The notes under the pieces: model-generated
The model's input: only the letters and a program-made list of their open reading frames with translations
Told to the model about the DNA's origin: nothing
Databases searched by the model: none
Assembly (NCBI GenBank): GCA_048887225.1
Contig: JBHLJY010000022.1
Location: forward strand, 1-43,170
DNA from: Candidatus Hodarchaeota archaeon
GTDB taxonomy: Archaea > Asgardarchaeota > Lokiarchaeia > Sigyniarchaeales > SOKP01
Reading direction: 5' to 3'
DNA length: 43,170 nt
In this document: in pieces, positions 37,071 to 43,170 of the stretch
Layout: every line of letters starts with the position of its first letter
Position numbering within the stretch: the stretch's first letter is position 1
Made by a program: the position numbers and the translations under genes

Positions 37071-39833
37071 ATGACTGAATCTAAAGAGAAAGAAATCAAA
37101 AGAGAAGGAAGGAGTGTCATTTCAAGCGAAATTATCAAAAAAGTAACTGCTGCTGCTAACTATTGCTATAATTGTAATCGTTGTGTTAATGTATGCCAAA
37201 AATCACTTCTTAACCTTTTTTCTCCGCGAAATTTAATAATAGATTTGACTTTCTTACCAATAGAAGAAGCCTTACAATATAATAATATATGGGAATGCCT
37301 CACTTGTGGGCAATGTACTGTTTATTGTCCGATGACTAAGGATGAGCTTGGTGTTAATTTCCCTAATATTATTAAAGAACTACGCTCTTTAGTTTCAGAA
37401 TATAAGCCATTACAAGAGGCCAAGCTTAAATGTCACCACGATAGAACTTATTCAAATCTGCCATATTTAATGGCTAACGATAAAATCAAATTTACTAATA
37501 GAATTGGCTTTTTAGAAGGTACAGGTTTAAAAATAGCAGATAAGGGAGAAATTGGCTATTTTATGGGATGTGTTCCTATTTTAACAGGGACTGCCCCATG
37601 CGTTGTTGGTTGTCCTGCGGAAATTGATGTTCAAGGTTATATTTCATTAATCTCAGAAGGTAAATTTCAAGAAGCGATAGATTTGATAAGAGAAAAGAAT
37701 CCGTTACCATTCCTATGTGGAAGAATATGTACTGCGCAATGTGCACTTAATTGCAATCGTCAGTTTATAGACGATCCTATTGCAATACGCGAATTAAAAA
37801 GATTTATATCTGATTGGGAAACAAAACATCCTAATCAAAGTAAATTTAAACCGGTAAAACAAACTAAAGAAAAGGTCGCCATTATTGGAGCAGGTCCTGG
37901 GGGGTTATCAGCTGCTTATTTCTTGGCAAGAATGGGCTACAAACCAACTATTTTCGAGAAAGGAGATAAAATAGGTGGAATGGTAAGATATGGAGTTCCT
38001 CAATATAGGCTTTCAGATGAAGCCTTTGATCACGATATAGAGTTCATAAAAAGCATGGGTGTAGAAATTGTATTAAATAAGCCTTTCGGTCCTGATTTAA
38101 CTCTAGAAGACCTCAAAAAGGATGGATTTAAAGCAGTTTTTCTTGCTGTAGGTTTATATATCCCAAAAACTCTAAGACTTGAGGGTGAAGATTTACCTAA
38201 TGTCGATGTTGCTCTCGATTTTCTTGTCGATCGAAAATATAATTATATAAAAAATCCAGAAGAATTTAAAGGTAAAACTTTTGGAATTATCGGTGGAGGC
38301 GCAGTCGCTGTAGATGTTGGTGAAACAGCTCTTCGATTAGGGGCAACTAAAGTTGATCTTGTTGATATTCTACCTAAGGAAGCTCTTATAACTGTACTTA
38401 AAGATATACACGATGCTGAGCAAAAATTAATGGAGTACCATTTTGAGACATCAACAGCAAAAATAACCCAAGAACCGAAAGGAAAATTAGCTTTAAATTG
38501 TTATAAAATCGAATGGGGCGAACCTGATCCCGAAACCGGAAGAAGACCTTTAAATAAAGTTGAGGATTCAGAATATAAAATTGTTGTTGATAATATTGTT
38601 ATAGCTATTGGTCAAGGACTAGATCTAGAGCCAATTAATGCTGCAACAGCAGATCAACTAAAAATTGAAAGAGGTCAAATTGTTGTTGATGAAATAACAT
38701 ATGAAACCGGCATTCCAGCTGTGTTTGCTGGTGGTGATATTATTTCTAATTCATTATTGTGTGCTGTTGGTGCAATCGGAGATGGAAGGGAAGCTGCAAT
38801 TTCAATTGATCGGTATTTTCGAGGGATTGATCTAAAAAAGGGAAGAATTAAAAAAAAGGAATTAAAACGATCTCCTATCCCTAAAAAGCAGATTGATCTA
38901 AAAACTTGTGTAGAAATGAATTTCTTACCTGGAGATGAAAGACTCTTGTGTTTTGATGAGATGGAATTAGGTTATTCTGAAGACCAAGCGATAGAGGAGG
39001 CAAATAGATGTCTAAATTGTAATTGTTGTTGTAGTTATGACCAAATTTTTGAAGATTTTGAAAATGCCATTGATTCCTCTGGCGTAATGATATGCGAATA
39101 TGGAAATCAGGCAAATTTTCTTTCTCAAAATGCATTAGCTTACCTTGAAATTCCAAAAAGTGTAATAGGACTTCTGAATCAACGCGAGATTGTACCAGTT
39201 GTTTTACCAAATGAAAAATGCTGTGGACATGATAGTTTGTGGATAGGTGATATTGATACTTTTGAAAAATTAGCAAGACATAACGTTAAATTATTTAAAG
39301 ATGCTGGAGTTAAAACTCTTATATTTAGTTGCGCCGAAGGGTATTATACTTGGAAATACGAATATAAGAAATTATTTAAAGATATGAAAGATTTTGATTT
39401 TGAAATTTATCATATTACCGAATATATTTTAAAAGAAGGACTATTAGACGATATTACTTTTCCACACTTAGAGAAAATCAAAGTAACTTATCATGATCCC
39501 TGTAGACTCGGAAGAATGAGTAATATCTATGATGCTCCGCGTGAAGTGTTAAAAAAAATTCCATTTATTGAATTAATCGAAATGGAAAATAATAAACAAG
39601 ATGCAGATTGTTGCGGAGTTTCCGCTTACATTGCTTGTAATGAAAATTCTAAATATTTACAAGAAAAAAGAATAAAGGAAGCCATTGATACCGGTGCGGA
39701 TTATTTAATAACTGCTTGTCCAAAATGCCTTGCTCATTTCAATTGCTATTTAAACGAACAAAAGGAATTAAAAAAAAAAATTAAAGTTATTGATTTCGTT
39801 ACTCTTGTTGGAAAATTTCTTTTTCTAGTTTAA
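37071..39833 (+). CDS. HdrD-like Fe-S protein (2x[4Fe-4S] + two CCG domains) with an inserted GltD/NfnB-like FAD/NAD(P) module
   Basis: CYNCNRCVNVC, CLTCGQCTVYCP; YFMGC; APCVVGCP, CGRICTAQC...C, GAGPGG, YGVP, GGGAVA, FAGGD, EANRCLNC; EKCCG, SCAEG, YHDPC, DCCG, TACPKC. Confidence 0.9.
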   Translation: MTESKEKEIKREGRSVISSEIIKKVTAAANYCYNCNRCVNVCQKSLLNLFSPRNLIIDLTFLPIEEALQYNNIWECLTCGQCTVYCPMTKDELGVNFPNIIKELRSLVSEYKPLQEAKLKCHHDRTYSNLPYLMANDKIKFTNRIGFLEGTGLKIADKGEIGYFMGCVPILTGTAPCVVGCPAEIDVQGYISLISEGKFQEAIDLIREKNPLPFLCGRICTAQCALNCNRQFIDDPIAIRELKRFISDWETKHPNQSKFKPVKQTKEKVAIIGAGPGGLSAAYFLARMGYKPTIFEKGDKIGGMVRYGVPQYRLSDEAFDHDIEFIKSMGVEIVLNKPFGPDLTLEDLKKDGFKAVFLAVGLYIPKTLRLEGEDLPNVDVALDFLVDRKYNYIKNPEEFKGKTFGIIGGGAVAVDVGETALRLGATKVDLVDILPKEALITVLKDIHDAEQKLMEYHFETSTAKITQEPKGKLALNCYKIEWGEPDPETGRRPLNKVEDSEYKIVVDNIVIAIGQGLDLEPINAATADQLKIERGQIVVDEITYETGIPAVFAGGDIISNSLLCAVGAIGDGREAAISIDRYFRGIDLKKGRIKKKELKRSPIPKKQIDLKTCVEMNFLPGDERLLCFDEMELGYSEDQAIEEANRCLNCNCCCSYDQIFEDFENAIDSSGVMICEYGNQANFLSQNALAYLEIPKSVIGLLNQREIVPVVLPNEKCCGHDSLWIGDIDTFEKLARHNVKLFKDAGVKTLIFSCAEGYYTWKYEYKKLFKDMKDFDFEIYHITEYILKEGLLDDITFPHLEKIKVTYHDPCRLGRMSNIYDAPREVLKKIPFIELIEMENNKQDADCCGVSAYIACNENSKYLQEKRIKEAIDTGADYLITACPKCLAHFNCYLNEQKELKKKIKVIDFVTLVGKFLFLV

Positions 39834-39925
39834 AATGTTTTTATTTTAATGTTATTTATTTTGCTCTTTTTTGCCCTAAAAGATTAAAAAAATTTGTAAA
39901 AATAATAAGTATTTATTTCACGAGT

Positions 39926-40120
39926 TTATTTTTCTCGCCAGACTGTTCCACACTTACCACATTTCCATTTTTTGCCATAAACTTTCGGATAATCCATTAT
40001 TATCTGCGTCTTATCTATTTCTTCATGTATCATGTATTTGTTTTCTTCTCCGCAATTTGGGCATTTTCTTCTTCCTTCACTTTTTTCAATAGTTAGGATA
40101 TCATTCTCGTCTTCACTCAT
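39926..40120 (-). CDS. Small zinc-ribbon protein
   Basis: 64 aa with CPNCG and CGKCG; fills an intergenic gap. Confidence 0.75.
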   Translation of the reverse strand: MSEDENDILTIEKSEGRRKCPNCGEENKYMIHEEIDKTQIIMDYPKVYGKKWKCGKCGTVWREK

Positions 40121-40317
40121 TTTAAACTTACATACTCCAACTTTTTATAACTAATTTTGTTTTAATATTAGGTTTTGAGATTTAAAAACCTTTTAATGAT
40201 TAACAATATATTTTGTATTATAATTTTTACATTATTTACTTTGTTTAAATAACTTATCTCTAATTATTTTAATTAAATTTATTATTTACGCTTATCAAAA
40301 AAGTAAATTGGTTTGAA

Positions 40318-41250
40318 ATGGCTTTTGTTTATTTATTTCTAATTCTAATGATTATAATTTGGAGTTTTTCTTTCATAATTGTTGACGTAGCTGTTGAGTC
40401 TATTCCACCATTATCTTTAGCTTTATATAGATTTATAATTGCTTCAGCCTCTTTTTTAATACTGGACTTCTATTTTAAGATTAGTAAAAAAAAAAATTTA
40501 AAAGAAAACGCTGAATTGGATATAATCTCAAAATTTTCAGTAAATCAATGGATATTGGTCATTTTAGCGAGTTTTACAGGGGCATCAGTCTTTTTTGTTG
40601 CTCAATATTCAGCAATTCAATTAATAGGACCTTCCCTACCCGCATTATTTGTATGTTTATTGGCTCCTGTTATCATTGCCGTTTTTTCACTTCTATTTTT
40701 TGACGAAAAATTAAGTTCTCTAAAAATTATAGGTTTTGCAATAGCTACTATTGGAGGTTTTCTACTTATCACGGGAGGGGATATAAAAACATTAACCCCA
40801 GAATCTCCTCATTTTTTGGGATACGTATTTGCGCTAATAACTCCTCTATTATGGGCAATTTATACAATAGCGATTAAGAAAATATCGAAATCAAAACAAA
40901 ATTCGGAAATTCAGATTCTTAAATATGTTGCTTACCTTGGAACAATAGAATTGTTAATATTTGTCATGTTAAACAACGAATTCTGGATATTTTTAGAGAA
41001 TTTCTTAAATATCATTATATTTTTGTGCGCTTTATATTTAGGAGTCGGTTGTTATGTATTAGGATACTATATTTGGCAAAGATCGCAAAACTACCTTAAA
41101 TCTTCCAAAGTTGCTTCATTTTTATATATTGAGCCATTTATAACCCTTTTATTTTCATATCTCTTTCAAAGAAGTGAGACCGTTGTATTATGGAATATTT
41201 TAGGTGGAATTATTGTATTAGTTGCCGTCCTCATTATAAATTATAATTAA
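40318..41250 (+). CDS. EamA/DMT family transporter
   Basis: About 10 TM helices; IWSFSF, PPLSLALYRF, FDEKLS, LLWAIYT, LYIEPF. Confidence 0.9.
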   Translation: MAFVYLFLILMIIIWSFSFIIVDVAVESIPPLSLALYRFIIASASFLILDFYFKISKKKNLKENAELDIISKFSVNQWILVILASFTGASVFFVAQYSAIQLIGPSLPALFVCLLAPVIIAVFSLLFFDEKLSSLKIIGFAIATIGGFLLITGGDIKTLTPESPHFLGYVFALITPLLWAIYTIAIKKISKSKQNSEIQILKYVAYLGTIELLIFVMLNNEFWIFLENFLNIIIFLCALYLGVGCYVLGYYIWQRSQNYLKSSKVASFLYIEPFITLLFSYLFQRSETVVLWNILGGIIVLVAVLIINYN

Positions 41251-41342
41251 TTTTAAACATTTTTTAAGTTCTAATTATAAATTAATTAAATTAAAGAAAT
41301 TAGTCCTAAAATTAGATCATTTTTAAAAAAATTTCTTAAGTG

Positions 41343-41579
41343 TTATTTTATTCCTTTTTTTTTTCCTTCAAATTTAAAAGAATCAAATAAATCAAGGTCT
41401 AATTTTTTAGCTAAATCAAATCCCGTGTCAAAAATCAATTTTACAGACTTATAAAATAGATCTCCTATTACATTATCTATTTTTGAATCGTTTTCATCCT
41501 TGAGTTCTGAAAACATTTCTTTCACTTCTGTTAAATCAATTTGAGATTCTTTCAAATTCGAATCTTGTTTATTTTCCAT
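41343..41579 (-). CDS. Hypothetical protein
   Basis: 78-aa ORF with GAGG upstream; co-oriented with the PlsC-like gene. Confidence 0.6.
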   Translation of the reverse strand: MENKQDSNLKESQIDLTEVKEMFSELKDENDSKIDNVIGDLFYKSVKLIFDTGFDLAKKLDLDLFDSFKFEGKKKGIK

Positions 41580-41613
41580 TAATTTTATCCTCGCTTTTTT
41601 TAGATTTTTATAT

Positions 41614-42324
41614 TTACTCTATTTCATTTTCGTCTTCTATCTCTGGTATATTTTGAAGACTATCAATTATGGTGATTATATCTTCTGCAAGTTCGTATCT
41701 TTCTGGTCGGTATTTATCTCTAGTTAATCTTTTTGATACTTTAATTGGAGTGCCAACTTTGACTCTCAATCCAGATATTGGAATTAAATTGAACAATTTT
41801 GTCTTTTCAGTGCAAATTGCTAATGGAATGATTGGAGCCTCACCTGCTACTGCAAATTTAATAATTCCTGCCATTGATTTGACTTGTATCTCTCTATCCA
41901 AACGAGCCTCTGGAGTCATTGCAACTAGATTACCTTTCTCGTTTAAAATTTCAAAAACTTTGTCAATAGGTTCAGTATCTTCCTTACTCTCTGTGCCTCG
42001 TATCATACCAATACTTTTTAGGATTGGGCCCGCTATTTGATGCTTCATTATCTTAGGATGGAGCATGAAATGGACTTTTCTTCCTGTTAGCTGCGAGATT
42101 AAAAGCATGTCTCTAAACACATTTTTTGAAATAGTTGTTAAAATAGCTTTTCCCATGATAGGAATGTGTTCAGCACCCTCAACCTTTAAATCTGTAAATG
42201 TCTTCAAGGCAGAGCCTCCAATACCTTTTATCGCGCTGTAAAGAAGATCTCCCATTAACGCTTTTTTATCTAACGTAGGTTTTTCTTCTTCTTCTTTTTC
42301 CATAATAACTTCATTTTCAACCAT
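41614..42324 (-). CDS. PlsC/lysophospholipid acyltransferase-like protein with degenerate catalytic motif
   Basis: KVEGAEHIP, VHFM, GMIR, MTPEAR, APIIPLAI, VKVGTPI. The motif I HxxxxD region reads ISKNVFRD. Confidence 0.75.
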   Translation of the reverse strand: MVENEVIMEKEEEEKPTLDKKALMGDLLYSAIKGIGGSALKTFTDLKVEGAEHIPIMGKAILTTISKNVFRDMLLISQLTGRKVHFMLHPKIMKHQIAGPILKSIGMIRGTESKEDTEPIDKVFEILNEKGNLVAMTPEARLDREIQVKSMAGIIKFAVAGEAPIIPLAICTEKTKLFNLIPISGLRVKVGTPIKVSKRLTRDKYRPERYELAEDIITIIDSLQNIPEIEDENEIE

Positions 42325-42355
42325 ATTTTATTTACCTCTTTTTATTTAAATTTTC

Positions 42356-42550
42356 TTAAAGTTTATATATAAATTCATTAACCTCTTCCATACGTTTTTC
42401 ATAATATTCTTTAAGATCTTTCTCAGAAACGAATGAAGGGATAACCTTTTCTGTAAAAATATCAAATAATGTGGATAATTTTGACCTGTGTTTTATAGTC
42501 TCGTAAAATTCCTTACCTATACCTATTAAATCATTTAGAAATTTAGACAT
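42356..42550 (-). CDS. Hypothetical protein
   Basis: ATG at 42550, 2 nt after the activase stop and preceded by GGAGGTG; 64 aa. Confidence 0.6.
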   Translation of the reverse strand: MSKFLNDLIGIGKEFYETIKHRSKLSTLFDIFTEKVIPSFVSEKDLKEYYEKRMEEVNEFIYKL

Positions 42551-42552
42551 CT

Positions 42553-43170
42553 TTAAAACACCTCCCATTTTCCACATCGACTGCCCCAACGAGCTATTAT
42601 TTTGTTCTTATCCTCTGGCATTCTCACTTGAACAATTTCACAATTATTTGGGCAATCTCCACAATTAAAAGCCGATGTTACAAAATTTATTTCGGCAACT
42701 TCAAATCCCCTAAATAAAGTTTCAGTTTCGTGATTAAGATAATGATCCCTTACAAGTATTGCCATGCCTATTGCGCCCATTAAAACATTATGCTTAGGGA
42801 CAACGACTTTAACACCAAGATGTCGTTCAAAAGCTTGTACGATACCAGCATTAAAAGATACACCGCCTTGAAAAACAATTGGTTCATCCAAATCCTTTCC
42901 TTTGGACAGATTATTCAAATAATTTCGAACCAATGAATCACATAAGCCAGCAATAATATCTTCACGAGAATACCCTGCATTTTGCTTATGAATCATATCA
43001 GATTCAGCAAATACAGTACATCTCCCGGCTATTGAGACTGGATTTGTTGATTTTACAGCATAACTTCCAAAATCCTCAATTGGAATTCCAAGTCTTGAAG
43101 CTTGATGATCAAGGAAAGAACCAGTCCCAGCTGCACAGACAGAATTCATCGCAAAATCAACTATGATTCC
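42553..43170 (-). CDS. 2-hydroxyacyl-CoA dehydratase activase (HgdC/BadG-type ATPase), 5' part outside the window
   Basis: The frame is open to the edge (GIIVDFAMNSVCAAGTGSFL); RCTVFAES, QGGV, MGAIG, and C-terminal CGDCPNNC...RC. Confidence 0.9.
   Translation of the reverse strand, partial: GIIVDFAMNSVCAAGTGSFLDHQASRLGIPIEDFGSYAVKSTNPVSIAGRCTVFAESDMIHKQNAGYSREDIIAGLCDSLVRNYLNNLSKGKDLDEPIVFQGGVSFNAGIVQAFERHLGVKVVVPKHNVLMGAIGMAILVRDHYLNHETETLFRGFEVAEINFVTSAFNCGDCPNNCEIVQVRMPEDKNKIIARWGSRCGKWEVF

Noticed and set aside
664-42040. The many short ORFs overlapping called genes, antisense or in another frame (e.g. 664-1041, 9146-9451, 23365-23811, 26926-27534, 38881-39276, 41669-42040)
   Set aside because: They overlap well-supported genes and show no recognisable motifs; treated as shadow ORFs.

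Overview
AT-rich, gene-dense prokaryotic window with about 40 protein-coding genes. I see no rRNA, tRNA, CRISPR array or transposase. A Rab-like small GTPase (WDFAGEERF type), Taw2- and Trm11-type tRNA modifiers, a class I HMG-CoA reductase, an HdrD-like protein and a stand-alone 7TM protein point to an Asgard archaeon, most likely Lokiarchaeia (inference). Main blocks: (1) 0.3-11.9 kb, acyl-CoA metabolism: acyl-CoA dehydrogenase-etfB-etfA(ferredoxin) divergent from a two-subunit B12 acyl-CoA mutase with non-canonical active-site residues, meaB and hmgA, then a GH3 glucosidase and a CoA-transferase-fold pair lacking the usual catalytic Glu. (2) 12-25.6 kb, mixed signalling, repair and RNA-modification genes. 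(3) 25.8-32.5 kb, acyl-CoA ligase, VOC protein, an SDR strongly resembling 3-ketodihydrosphingosine reductase, an FGGY kinase and a class III PLP enzyme, a candidate amino-alcohol or sphingoid-base pathway. (4) 32.5-43.2 kb, two CaCA antiporters around a sirtuin, an HdrD-like protein with a GltD-like flavin module inserted inside its first CCG domain, an EamA transporter, a degenerate PlsC-like protein and a truncated acyl-CoA dehydratase activase. All calls come from motif recognition by eye; no searches were run, and reference residue numbers are recalled from memory.
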